IMG/VR virus record: IMGVR_UViG_3300045988_172457 | Coordinates: 13,245-77,244 of that record | Strand: one strand, 5' to 3' | Length of the DNA: 64,000 nucleotides | Origin: a virus | Shown: piece by piece, positions 56,011-64,000 of the stretch | Position numbering within the stretch: position 1 is the stretch's first letter | How the letters are laid out: each line of letters begins with the position of its first letter | Notes under the pieces: model-generated | The model's input: the letters and a program-made list of their open reading frames with translations, nothing else | Told to the model about the DNA's origin: nothing | Database searches by the model: none | Translations under genes and position numbers: made by a program

Positions 56011-56310
56011 ATGCAGAACATCAACCTCTACAAACTGACGTCAAAACTGTACGCCCGACCCGAAGTCGAGGACGCTGACATCGTGAGCTGTATGTACACG
56101 GACGACACCATCAAAACGGTCATGCGCAACGGCACGGTCGTCGCCATCGGCGTGCAGGACGAATATCCAGCGGTCGCACTGTACACCATATACGCCAACG
56201 ACGAGGGCTACCGAAACAAGGAGCCTCTGATTGAAGGCTTGCACTACGACTTCGAAGACGACCACGACTACAAGGACGGCGTGGAAGCCATCATCAAGGA
56301 GGCGTGCTAA
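56011..56310 (+). CDS. Hypothetical small protein (99 aa)
   Basis: RBS AAGGAGAACACC before the ATG. Confidence 0.5.
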   Translation: MQNINLYKLTSKLYARPEVEDADIVSCMYTDDTIKTVMRNGTVVAIGVQDEYPAVALYTIYANDEGYRNKEPLIEGLHYDFEDDHDYKDGVEAIIKEAC

Positions 56311-56313
56311 CCC

Positions 56314-56694
56314 ATGGACACCATCATCTTCGTCAAAGACCGCGACTGGCCGGGCACCGACAGTCGTGTCTACGAAATTCAGGTGTCCAACTTGGTTGCG
56401 ATATGCGTATCCTGCTGGGTGCTGCTGGAGGACGGACGGTTCTCTGGCGACGTGCTTCCCGACAAGGGGCTGCGCGAACGGTATTTCGCATTGTACGAAC
56501 ATGGCGGCGAACAGGCCAACTGGGATGCGTTCATCGACGACCTTTGGCAGACCGCCGATGACATGGGCTTGGAGGAGCTGTCCGACTGGTTCGCTGAAAT
56601 GAACGACCCCACCACCATCAATGCCCGCTACTGGATTCACGACGGCGTCGAATACTTGGACGCCGCGCACACCATGCCAAGGAGCGAAATGTGA
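56314..56694 (+). CDS. Hypothetical protein (126 aa)
   Basis: RBS AAGGAGG. Coupled to the upstream gene. Confidence 0.5.
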   Translation: MDTIIFVKDRDWPGTDSRVYEIQVSNLVAICVSCWVLLEDGRFSGDVLPDKGLRERYFALYEHGGEQANWDAFIDDLWQTADDMGLEELSDWFAEMNDPTTINARYWIHDGVEYLDAAHTMPRSEM

Positions 56695-56769
56695 CCTGTC
56701 TTATCACGAAAACCCCAAAGCCAAGCAGAAACAACCTCAACCTTCCCCTATGAAAAAAGGAGTGGAGAA

Positions 56770-57180
56770 ATGACCGGTTTCATCGCCGTCGATATGCTGT
56801 CCGAAATCAGCAAGGCCCTCGAATACGAAAACGATTGGACTCAACTGAAGGACGGCGTGCTGGAATGCCGACTGCGAGACCAGTATGACGGCGAGCACAC
56901 CGGCCTCGCCCGCGTCACTATAAACAAGGCGGGTAAGGTGTCCGTTATGGCATGGTCGGACAATCCGTACGAATACAAGACCATGCCCGAGCCGGATTGG
57001 ACGCATGAATACGATTCGACCGACCCGGAAGCCATCGCGGAGGACATTTGGAACCGTTGCCCATACTGCGGGCGGGAATCCGACAAGTGCGTGTGCGAAC
57101 GTTGCGCGGGCTGCGGTGTTCTTTTGGACTGGGACAACAGGGCGGACGGCGATTATGGCTACTGCGAATACTGCCATTAG
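56770..57180 (+). CDS. Hypothetical protein (136 aa) with a C-terminal multi-Cys zinc-ribbon motif
   Basis: CPYCGRESDKCVCERCAGCGVLLDW...YCEYCH. Confidence 0.5.
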   Translation: MTGFIAVDMLSEISKALEYENDWTQLKDGVLECRLRDQYDGEHTGLARVTINKAGKVSVMAWSDNPYEYKTMPEPDWTHEYDSTDPEAIAEDIWNRCPYCGRESDKCVCERCAGCGVLLDWDNRADGDYGYCEYCH

Positions 57181-57198
57181 AAAAAAGGAGAAACGGAA

Positions 57199-57849
57199 AT
57201 GTTGAGAATCGAGAAGACGCTGAAAGAACTGCGTGACCTTCAAAACACCTTGCATGGACTCGGAATCGAAATGTCCATCAATGATGCGGATGTCGAAACG
57301 AAAAGCGATTACGAGGATGCGGCGATGACCATTGACATATACGAGCCGTGTCGTTGTTTCGCGTGGGTCGGCATGGACGGCGTGGTTCACATGAGATGGA
57401 ATTCGTATCCCGATGCCTTCACGTGGTTTCGGATGAACCTGCTTTTGGACCTCGCTCGCGGCTACATGCTGAAAGCGGACAATATCACGAAATCGTGGAC
57501 GCACCTTCGCAGGAATCTCGACGGACAAGCCGACGAAATGCCCCTCCCCGACAAACTGGCCGGAAGGAAAGCGGAATACGAGGATGCAGCCAACCGGCTA
57601 CGCGACCTTATCAAAGCTGACCCGATTGCAATGGATTTATCCCCTTACGAATGCGAACGCCTTGAAAGGTTCCTCCGCGACCCGCAGAAGGAGCGTCTTC
57701 TGGAGTACGACCCGGACGACCCGTTTTATCGGAATATGTTCAACAGGGGATTGATTGACCGCGAGGGACTGACTGAACTGGGACGAAAGGCTATGGAACA
57801 TTACATTTCCGTGCGTCAACCTCGGATACGGGTTGGTTTGTCTTCTTAA
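57199..57849 (+). CDS. Hypothetical protein (216 aa)
   Basis: RBS AAAAAGGAGAAACGGAA before the ATG. Confidence 0.55.
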   Translation: MLRIEKTLKELRDLQNTLHGLGIEMSINDADVETKSDYEDAAMTIDIYEPCRCFAWVGMDGVVHMRWNSYPDAFTWFRMNLLLDLARGYMLKADNITKSWTHLRRNLDGQADEMPLPDKLAGRKAEYEDAANRLRDLIKADPIAMDLSPYECERLERFLRDPQKERLLEYDPDDPFYRNMFNRGLIDREGLTELGRKAMEHYISVRQPRIRVGLSS

Positions 57850-57857
57850 CCAACTGT

Positions 57858-57880
57858 GTTATACTGGGGGTGTTCACATA
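57858..57880 (+). promoter_or_regulatory. Repeated promoter/leader motif copy (GTTATACTGGGGGTGTTCACATA)
   Basis: Near-identical to the 55962 copy. Confidence 0.5.
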
Positions 57881-57925
57881 AAAAAACAGTCGAAAAGACC
57901 ACCATCCCGATTCGGAGTAACAACA

Positions 57926-58552
57926 ATGCATAGCCTATACAAGACCGCAGGTAAATGCACTCTCAACCGAAACAAAGTGCGTTACCCCAACCAAAAGGAA
58001 GCCCAACTCGCCTTGGCCGTCATCAAAGGACGAGGCAATCCGAAACACACTGAGAAACGCGCATACCATTGCCCCGTCTGCCACGGATGGCATCTGACTA
58101 GCGCCGAAACCGTTAATGATACAGTCCTGTCCGGGAGTGTGCTCCAACACACCAATCCAGACGCGTTCGACACAGGAATGAAAGCGTTCCTCTCTGGTTC
58201 CAAACGCGGCAAATATTCCGCAAGCAAAGCCAGCCTGACCCGACGTGTCCGACATTTGCTCCACTTGTTCGCGGCTAACGATATTCCGAAGGACTCTTGG
58301 GACAATCCATGGTTGTGGGCAACTCTTAGATTCCAAGTCATGTGGAGGGGCGGAGACCAGAAGGCCGAACAGCTTCTATCCACTTCGAAGAAAACGGTCA
58401 AAATGGCGGGCGACATGCTCACCGAAGACAAGGAGCCGTTCCTTCGCGTGGCTGAAACCCGGAAGGAAGCACAGAAATTACAGAATACACCACTACCGGC
58501 ATGGTTGGCCGTCGCACTGATGTCCGACAAGGGAAAGGAGCAGAAAGTTTGA
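57926..58552 (+). CDS. Hypothetical protein (208 aa) with a CPVCHGWH zinc-finger-like motif
   Basis: Start at the Met downstream of the promoter copy. HCPVCHGWH. Confidence 0.5.
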   Translation: MHSLYKTAGKCTLNRNKVRYPNQKEAQLALAVIKGRGNPKHTEKRAYHCPVCHGWHLTSAETVNDTVLSGSVLQHTNPDAFDTGMKAFLSGSKRGKYSASKASLTRRVRHLLHLFAANDIPKDSWDNPWLWATLRFQVMWRGGDQKAEQLLSTSKKTVKMAGDMLTEDKEPFLRVAETRKEAQKLQNTPLPAWLAVALMSDKGKEQKV

Positions 58553-58728
58553 ACGAAAACGAACTGAAAGAAAGGGCCGTCCACTCATTGCTCCAATCGA
58601 AGCTTGGTAAAGTCGCCCCGGCGGAAGCGTTCGTCATCGGATGGCGGAAAGGCTGGGACGAGGCTATCGACATGGCTTTGGAAATCCTTCGCAATGAACT
58701 CGATAAAGATGGCGAGGACGAATCGTGA
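58549..58728 (+). CDS. Possible small ORF (59 aa, TTG start)
   Basis: TTG preceded by AAGGAGCAGAAAG. Coupled to flanking genes. Confidence 0.3.
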   Translation: MNENELKERAVHSLLQSKLGKVAPAEAFVIGWRKGWDEAIDMALEILRNELDKDGEDES

Positions 58729-58997
58729 TTTGTTCCAAATACACATGCATGTTGTGCGGAAGAGTCACCGACTTGGACACCGGCTACAAGTACATCATCT
58801 CCGTCGTCCAAACAGGCGGTCACGGTCGATGCTCATACGCTCGAACATTGGTCATCTGCCAGCATTGCATGCGCACGCATAAAACCGTCATGACCTTGCA
58901 ACGCAAATCCTTGAATGAGGAAAACGTTCTTGAATTCCACAGGCCACCGAAAACCCGAAAAACGTCCACCAAGAAAACCAGCGGGAAGAAAGGCTGA
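58725..58997 (+). CDS. Small zinc-ribbon protein (90 aa)
   Basis: GTG start overlapping the upstream stop. CMLCGRV...CQHCMRTH. Confidence 0.45.
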   Translation: MICSKYTCMLCGRVTDLDTGYKYIISVVQTGGHGRCSYARTLVICQHCMRTHKTVMTLQRKSLNEENVLEFHRPPKTRKTSTKKTSGKKG

Positions 58998-59005
58998 ACC
59001 GTTTT

Positions 59006-59893
59006 ATGGACACTAGTGAAAAGCAGATTATCGGAGAGAACGCCAAATACGTTTCCGACACCATCCCGCAGGAAACCAAGGATGGGCTTCGCGCCCATTT
59101 GAAGCCCGGATACGCCATGCCGGACGGCACCCATTATGCGACAGGCATGGATTACACGGAACTTATGCGCAATCTGCGCAACATCCAATACTGTGGCTGT
59201 CCGCTCTGCCACGACACGCAGTCCGGATTGGAAACCATTCTCGCGACCAGCGGCATGACCGTCCGTGAGCTTGCCGAGGAAATCGCATGCGACGAATACG
59301 ATTCGTATTCTGTCTCTGAAATCCGCGACCTTGACCCGGAACAGTTGAAGCCAGTGGACGAGATTATCGAGGATATCAACCGTTGGAGCCACGACCAGCA
59401 TGCGCTCGAACACGCTTCCTTCGGCACTGTCAGGCTTCTGTCCGTCTACTTGAACGTCAGCCTCGACCAGATGTACGACGAATTGGATTATCAGACGCTC
59501 ATCTACACGCCATGGGAGGAGGACTCCCACATTCACGGCTATGTGACGGTCATCCGTTACAAGGACGGAAAGTATGAGGTGGATGTTCCGGAATGCCGAT
59601 ACCAGTGCGACGAAATGTATTGGAACGCGCGTCGCAAGATGGAAGAATCCAACACTCCCATCACGTTGGATGTTCTGCGTAGCGAACCGTGGAGCAAGGA
59701 GCATCGCACTCCCGTGGCATTGCCGGAACAGTATCGTGGCAAACAGTATCATCTGGGAGACCCTTACAGCCTGTCAACTTTGCTGGACAAGCTGGCCTCA
59801 CATGATGTTCCGGTGGACGAGAGAGTTCTTATCGCCCTCGAACTGGAGGAACAGTTCCCGTTGCGGTTGACTCCACTGTCCGAAAAGGACTGA
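59006..59893 (+). CDS. Hypothetical protein (295 aa)
   Basis: Long ORF containing a CGCPLCHD motif. Confidence 0.55.
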   Translation: MDTSEKQIIGENAKYVSDTIPQETKDGLRAHLKPGYAMPDGTHYATGMDYTELMRNLRNIQYCGCPLCHDTQSGLETILATSGMTVRELAEEIACDEYDSYSVSEIRDLDPEQLKPVDEIIEDINRWSHDQHALEHASFGTVRLLSVYLNVSLDQMYDELDYQTLIYTPWEEDSHIHGYVTVIRYKDGKYEVDVPECRYQCDEMYWNARRKMEESNTPITLDVLRSEPWSKEHRTPVALPEQYRGKQYHLGDPYSLSTLLDKLASHDVPVDERVLIALELEEQFPLRLTPLSEKD

Positions 59894-59953
59894 CATTTTC
59901 TAGGGAGAAGCCGATAGCAGCCTCTCCCTCTCTTAGTCAAGAAAGGAAACCCG

Positions 59954-61009
59954 ATGGTTAGAAAAATGGTGAGCGTTCAAAAGATTGAGGGAGTGTATCC
60001 CATTGAGAACGCAGACCGTATCGAGAAGATTCGCATTGGCGGTTGGATTGTCGTAGTAGGCAAGGACATGGGATTAAAGCCCGGCGACCATGTGGCCTAT
60101 TACGAAATCGACTCCATGCTGCCCGCCGACGACCCACGCTATACGGACTTGCAGAAGCGTGGTCAGCGTACCGTTCCCGTGTCCAACACGATTACCGGCG
60201 AAGAGAAGGAAATCACCGGACACGTGCTACGTACCGCGCGACTGCGCGGAGTGTACAGTCAAGGACTAGTCATGCCGCTTTCAACGATTGGCGTACCGGA
60301 GGACACTCCCATCGGCACTGATATCACCTTACAGGCGGACGTATGGAAGTATGAGGAACTGCCACCATTGAAAGGCGGTGACATGGTTGGTGCTTTCAAC
60401 GCGCCATGCTCCAAGTCCGACGCCACGCGAGTGCAGAATCTCACCGCGTATTGGGATGAAATCAGGCGGATTGCGTGGACTCCGACCGTGAAGGTGGACG
60501 GTACCAGCACCACAATCTACCGTGATATGGATGATACGGTTCACGTCTACTCTCGCAATTGGGAGTTGAAGCCGGAATGCACGAACATGCAGGTGGCGGT
60601 GAAAACCGGATTGGTTGACGCGTTGGAGAAAGGCATGGTCTGCCAGTTCGAGCTGTGCGGCCCAAGTGTCAACGGCAACAGGTTGAAGCTGGCGTCCTAT
60701 CGTCCATTCGTGTTCGCCGTATGGCGTGACAATATGAAACTCGACCGTAGGGATTGGCCGAAAGCCATGCTTGACAACGCCGTCCCACTGTTAGACGAGA
60801 CCGAGTGGAAGCCGACCGGCGATGTGATGGACATGATTGCCAAAGTGGACGGTCTGCGCGGCAACGTGACCCGCGACTTGTTGGACGAAGGAATCGTCTG
60901 GCATGCGAAAGCGGGCGAACGGTTGAGCGACGACCTGTACAACGAGCTTGGCAGCAACCGTTGCTTTAAAATCATCAACAACAAGTATCTGACTAAGCAT
61001 GGTCTTTGA
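59954..61009 (+). CDS. ATP-dependent RNA ligase family protein (351 aa)
   Basis: N-terminal OB-like domain (KIEGVYPIENADRIEKIRIGGWIVVVGKD...GDHVAYYEIDSMLP). Nucleotidyltransferase motif I KVDGTS (the adenylated lysine). Resembles the DraRnl/NgrRnl-type Rnl family. Confidence 0.6.
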   Translation: MVRKMVSVQKIEGVYPIENADRIEKIRIGGWIVVVGKDMGLKPGDHVAYYEIDSMLPADDPRYTDLQKRGQRTVPVSNTITGEEKEITGHVLRTARLRGVYSQGLVMPLSTIGVPEDTPIGTDITLQADVWKYEELPPLKGGDMVGAFNAPCSKSDATRVQNLTAYWDEIRRIAWTPTVKVDGTSTTIYRDMDDTVHVYSRNWELKPECTNMQVAVKTGLVDALEKGMVCQFELCGPSVNGNRLKLASYRPFVFAVWRDNMKLDRRDWPKAMLDNAVPLLDETEWKPTGDVMDMIAKVDGLRGNVTRDLLDEGIVWHAKAGERLSDDLYNELGSNRCFKIINNKYLTKHGL

Positions 61010-61079
61010 TGTCGAATAGGGGGCTGGGCTTACTTTTGTGTTCAGACCCCTGTTTCGTCTTTCATATCATTCCTGTCTT

Positions 61080-61102
61080 GTTATACTGGGGATGTTTACA
61101 AA
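61080..61102 (+). promoter_or_regulatory. Repeated promoter/leader motif copy (GTTATACTGGGGATGTTTACAAA)
   Basis: Same family. Located inside the 3' end of the RNA ligase gene region. Confidence 0.4.
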
Positions 61103-61108
61103 CGCCGG

Positions 61109-61306
61109 ATGAAACAAAGAAGTGGCGAATTGAATATCTCCAACATGTCGGAAGAGACGATAGAAGAAAACCTACCCGACCTGTCCCCGCATTTAGAGGA
61201 TGGGTTCAGTCTGAAACAGCTTGAAACACTCCACGATTATGCCGTGGAAGCTTTCAAGGCCGGAATCGAATACGCCAACAACAATCGAAAAGGAGCCGTA
61301 AATTGA
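61109..61306 (+). CDS. Hypothetical small protein (65 aa)
   Basis: ORF with a weak RBS. Sits just downstream of the promoter copy. Confidence 0.35.
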   Translation: MKQRSGELNISNMSEETIEENLPDLSPHLEDGFSLKQLETLHDYAVEAFKAGIEYANNNRKGAVN

Positions 61307-62301
61307 CCGATAGGAAAACGTGGGTCATCTCCATTCCACCAGTCAAATGTCCCGATGACATGACCGGCATCCCTAACTATTACATTCAAATATGGGAAAA
61401 GTACGTCGGCAAGGTCAAGCCGGAAGGTGGAGACCGTGAGGATTGGATTGAAACCTGTTCCCGACTTTACTGGGGTGTCCGCAATCTAGGTGAGGACGCC
61501 ATAGTCCGAGTGCATGGGAAAACCGACATCGACCCGAAACAGCTAATCGGATTACCGCACTTCGGACAAGTGTTGGACATGCCGCCAATCGACCAGTATG
61601 CAGACCCATCTCATGCCGACCGTTACGCCATCAATTCCAACGTGCGTATGCTCATGCATCGGAAGGCGAAACTCAGTTCCATCTACGAGGATGACATCAA
61701 ACATGCGTTCGCTTCTCTTATTAGGGACGGTGTTTCGTCGTTCTTCATCAAATTCATGAACCAAGCCAAATGGCTACCGAATTTGAAAATCTCCGGAACT
61801 AATCTTGACGAGCTTGAACAGCAGGTGCAGGAGTGGGGAGGTTGGGCGTTTGTTCATGCGGATGATGACCCGAATGCTCTGCTTATTCAGGAGAATGTCG
61901 ATGTCCAATACGAGTATCGCATGTTCATGGTCGGCAACCAGCCTGTCTGCGGCGCTGGCAATATCGGATTGAAAACACCAATCGACAACATGCATACGAG
62001 ATTTGACCCTCAAATGCAGAAGATTCGTGACGACACCACCGTTAAGAACGTTGAACTCAGACCGGATTTGGCGGAACGATACCGTGAGTTCGCCACGCGA
62101 GCCGGACGAATGTTCTCACACTGCGGTTACGGCGCGTACACGCTCGACCTGTGTCTTATCAAGGGTGAAGTGTCAATCGTGGAATTGAACGGCATGATGA
62201 ACGCCGGACTGTTCGCATTGAACATGAACGATTTGACGAGCGCGTTGCGAGTCAATTGGAAACAGTGTCTTCCCCCGGTTCTACTCGAAACGGCTATCTA
62301 A
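61303..62301 (+). CDS. ATP-grasp fold enzyme (332 aa)
   Basis: C-terminal ...YTLDLCLIKGEVSIVELNGMMNAG fits the ATP-grasp Mg/ATP-binding E-x-N motif. TTG start with RBS AAAGGAG. Confidence 0.5.
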   Translation: MTDRKTWVISIPPVKCPDDMTGIPNYYIQIWEKYVGKVKPEGGDREDWIETCSRLYWGVRNLGEDAIVRVHGKTDIDPKQLIGLPHFGQVLDMPPIDQYADPSHADRYAINSNVRMLMHRKAKLSSIYEDDIKHAFASLIRDGVSSFFIKFMNQAKWLPNLKISGTNLDELEQQVQEWGGWAFVHADDDPNALLIQENVDVQYEYRMFMVGNQPVCGAGNIGLKTPIDNMHTRFDPQMQKIRDDTTVKNVELRPDLAERYREFATRAGRMFSHCGYGAYTLDLCLIKGEVSIVELNGMMNAGLFALNMNDLTSALRVNWKQCLPPVLLETAI

Positions 62302-62317
62302 AAAGAGAGGAATAATA

Positions 62318-62818
62318 TTGGAAAACGGAGAAAAAGAATGCCCCTCATGTGCCAGACGTGAGGTGTCGTTATCGGATTATCCAGATTGGAGTCAATGCAA
62401 CAGTTCAGCACTCCGCGATTGCGTCAATCGGCTCAACAATTACGATGCTGGAATCGTATTCGGAATGCATTTCGGAAACCCGGACTTCGTACTGGAAGGC
62501 GACCCTAATCCAGCAAAAAAGAACATTCTGTTCTTCAAAGCGGATAAAAAGTACGTTTATCTGGAAGTTGTCACTATGGAAGATGGGAACGTGCCGAAAG
62601 AGCATATTCCAATAGTCCGAATGTGCAAACCTTGCATGGCTCTTATGGGGGAATATTTTTGGAGCGAATATCTTCCGAAAGAGTTTTGGGAAGGATACGA
62701 GCAAAATGTGTTGCACACTCTGAAAAGACTGGTGGGCGACCCCAGTGTCGAATCAAACGCCGACCTGATTAAGTATGCGAGAGAAATCGTCCACGGCGAC
62801 ATGCTCATCGACTGGTAG
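62318..62818 (+). CDS. Hypothetical protein (166 aa) with CPSC...C motifs
   Basis: TTG start after RBS AAAAGAGAGG. Internal Cys pairs CPSCARREV and MCKPCMALM. Confidence 0.45.
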   Translation: MENGEKECPSCARREVSLSDYPDWSQCNSSALRDCVNRLNNYDAGIVFGMHFGNPDFVLEGDPNPAKKNILFFKADKKYVYLEVVTMEDGNVPKEHIPIVRMCKPCMALMGEYFWSEYLPKEFWEGYEQNVLHTLKRLVGDPSVESNADLIKYAREIVHGDMLIDW

Positions 62819-63246
62819 TGTCTGTTGGCTTGTTTTTAAATAGAGAGGGAGTATTTTTGCGACCACAATCAGAAGACACCGTGGAACTCACCACCGTCAT
62901 CGACCCCGCGTCCATCACACGCATGGCGTCCAGCCGTCCGGACAATAGGGAAACCACCATGTATGGCAGACACGGCAAGCATGACAGCAAGCCGCCAAAA
63001 ATCAAAAAGTCACGGGCTAAAACGGATAAAACCAAACATCCCATAGAACAGGTCATGCCATTCGTCATGCTCGCCGTAAGCATTGTTTTCTTGGCGGGGA
63101 TGGTTCCGATTCTCTGGCTTATGCCGGTTTCGGAACCAGAGGATATGATTGTCCGTCCTATTCTGACCGGCCTGATTGGTGTGGTGGCGGTTTCCGCCAA
63201 CATTCCGGCTTGGGTGTATTTCTCCCGTTGGCGTCGAGATTCATAG
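62818..63246 (+). CDS. Membrane protein (142 aa, 2 TM), start uncertain
   Basis: Helices VMPFVMLAVSIVFLAGMVPILWLM and ILTGLIGVVAVSANIPAWVYF. Confidence 0.45.
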   Translation: MSVGLFLNREGVFLRPQSEDTVELTTVIDPASITRMASSRPDNRETTMYGRHGKHDSKPPKIKKSRAKTDKTKHPIEQVMPFVMLAVSIVFLAGMVPILWLMPVSEPEDMIVRPILTGLIGVVAVSANIPAWVYFSRWRRDS

Positions 63247-63272
63247 AAAAGCTAAATCCGAAACATTTCCTT

Positions 63273-63295
63273 GTTATACTGGAAACAACCACATT
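63273..63295 (+). promoter_or_regulatory. Repeated promoter/leader motif copy (GTTATACTGGAAACAACCACATT)
   Basis: Same family. Confidence 0.45.
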
Positions 63296-63317
63296 CAAGC
63301 AAAAGCAAGGAAAACAC

Positions 63318-63587
63318 ATGCCTAGAACCACACTAGCCGATGTCGCATCCGACTACGTGCGCAAACACCAGCACGAACGGCAATGCCGTCAACTCGACTC
63401 CGATAGTCGCGTCACGCTCACGGTAATCCAAAACCAGTGGGCGAAACTCGCCGGACAGGAACCCATGACCATTTTCGACGCGCCGGAGGTCGTAATTAGA
63501 AGCATCGAAAACACGCAACGCGGACACGAACTGTTCGACCGCACAAAAGAAACAAACGGGGTCGTCTACTACGGCCTGAAAAATTGA
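63318..63587 (+). CDS. Hypothetical small protein (90 aa)
   Basis: RBS AAGCAAGGAAAACAC before the ATG. Confidence 0.5.
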   Translation: MPRTTLADVASDYVRKHQHERQCRQLDSDSRVTLTVIQNQWAKLAGQEPMTIFDAPEVVIRSIENTQRGHELFDRTKETNGVVYYGLKN

Positions 63588-63604
63588 AAGGAAACAAAAA
63601 CATA

Positions 63605-63991
63605 ATGTCGGAACTCGCAGAGGACACCAGAAGGGTAACGCTTCTACTGGGAGACAATCCGGAAGGAAATCAATGGCATACATGCTTGGACTTGTCCCAC
63701 AACGAGTATGCCATCCAAAAACTGCGTGAGACCGGAAGACTGGAAGCAGGGAAGGCCACTTCGCTGACCGTCGAACAGTTGCAGAACCTTCTCACCAAGG
63801 CGCAGAAGGACGCCCACGGGTTCCAAGACACTCCCACCGGCAAATGCTTGCGAGGCAGTGAGCCTGAACGGAGACTACAGGCATACAAGTTCGCTGAAAA
63901 CCTCAACCGTGCCCTCTGTGAAGGCTCTCCCGTGTATTGTTCGGAGTCTGAGCCGAGGCTGGACTTATCTTTCCCGAGTTTCAAGGACTGA
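63605..63991 (+). CDS. Hypothetical protein (128 aa)
   Basis: ATG with RBS GAAAGGAAAC. Confidence 0.5.
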   Translation: MSELAEDTRRVTLLLGDNPEGNQWHTCLDLSHNEYAIQKLRETGRLEAGKATSLTVEQLQNLLTKAQKDAHGFQDTPTGKCLRGSEPERRLQAYKFAENLNRALCEGSPVYCSESEPRLDLSFPSFKD

Positions 63992-64000
63992 CCATAATTG

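Overview
High-GC, actinobacterial-type (Bifidobacterium-like) DNA that reads as a segment of a large conjugative plasmid. I infer this from the following, left to right. (1) An IS200/IS605 insertion sequence (tnpA + tnpB/OMEGA nuclease) at the left edge. (2) A block of secreted and membrane proteins, including a membrane-anchored DUF1524/HNH-like nuclease and a Ser/Asp-tailed membrane protein. (3) A theta-type replicon: an AT-rich region, six 22-bp iterons, a Rep initiator, and a divergent ParA partition pair. (4) An ~11 kb minus-strand operon of membrane-complex proteins: small double-TM pilin-like proteins, a 1343-aa polytopic protein, an 886-aa membrane-anchored FtsK/VirD4/VirB4-type ATPase and a ParA/MinD-like ATPase. 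This looks like conjugative-transfer (T4SS-like) machinery. (5) A second Rep-like paralog, an AAA ATPase, a triplet of small 'WIREA'-motif paralogs, a DGQHR/ParB-like domain protein, a DnaB helicase and a flotillin. (6) A sortase-dependent pilus locus: a major pilin, a class C sortase and a 1867-aa RCC1/CnaB-repeat tip protein, with unusual MPxTG sorting motifs. (7) A complete diversity-generating retroelement (DGR) directly after the pilus locus. It comprises a target gene with a C-terminal variable region, avd, a template repeat whose mismatches fall almost only at template adenines, and a reverse transcriptase with the DGR-type SQ motif. (8) An ~19 kb one-directional array (44.5-64 kb) of more than 30 mostly small ORFs. 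Many sit behind near-identical copies of an extended -10 promoter plus a conserved leader (TGTTATACTGG..GTTCACACA). The array includes a DUF2786 protein, a DnaQ-like exonuclease, a GNAT, zinc-ribbon proteins, and an RNA ligase + ATP-grasp pair. It resembles a plasmid leading-region establishment/anti-defence island. Two further observations are a ~650-bp intergenic tract almost devoid of adenine on the top strand (21.1-21.8 kb), and the DGR's placement next to the pilus locus.
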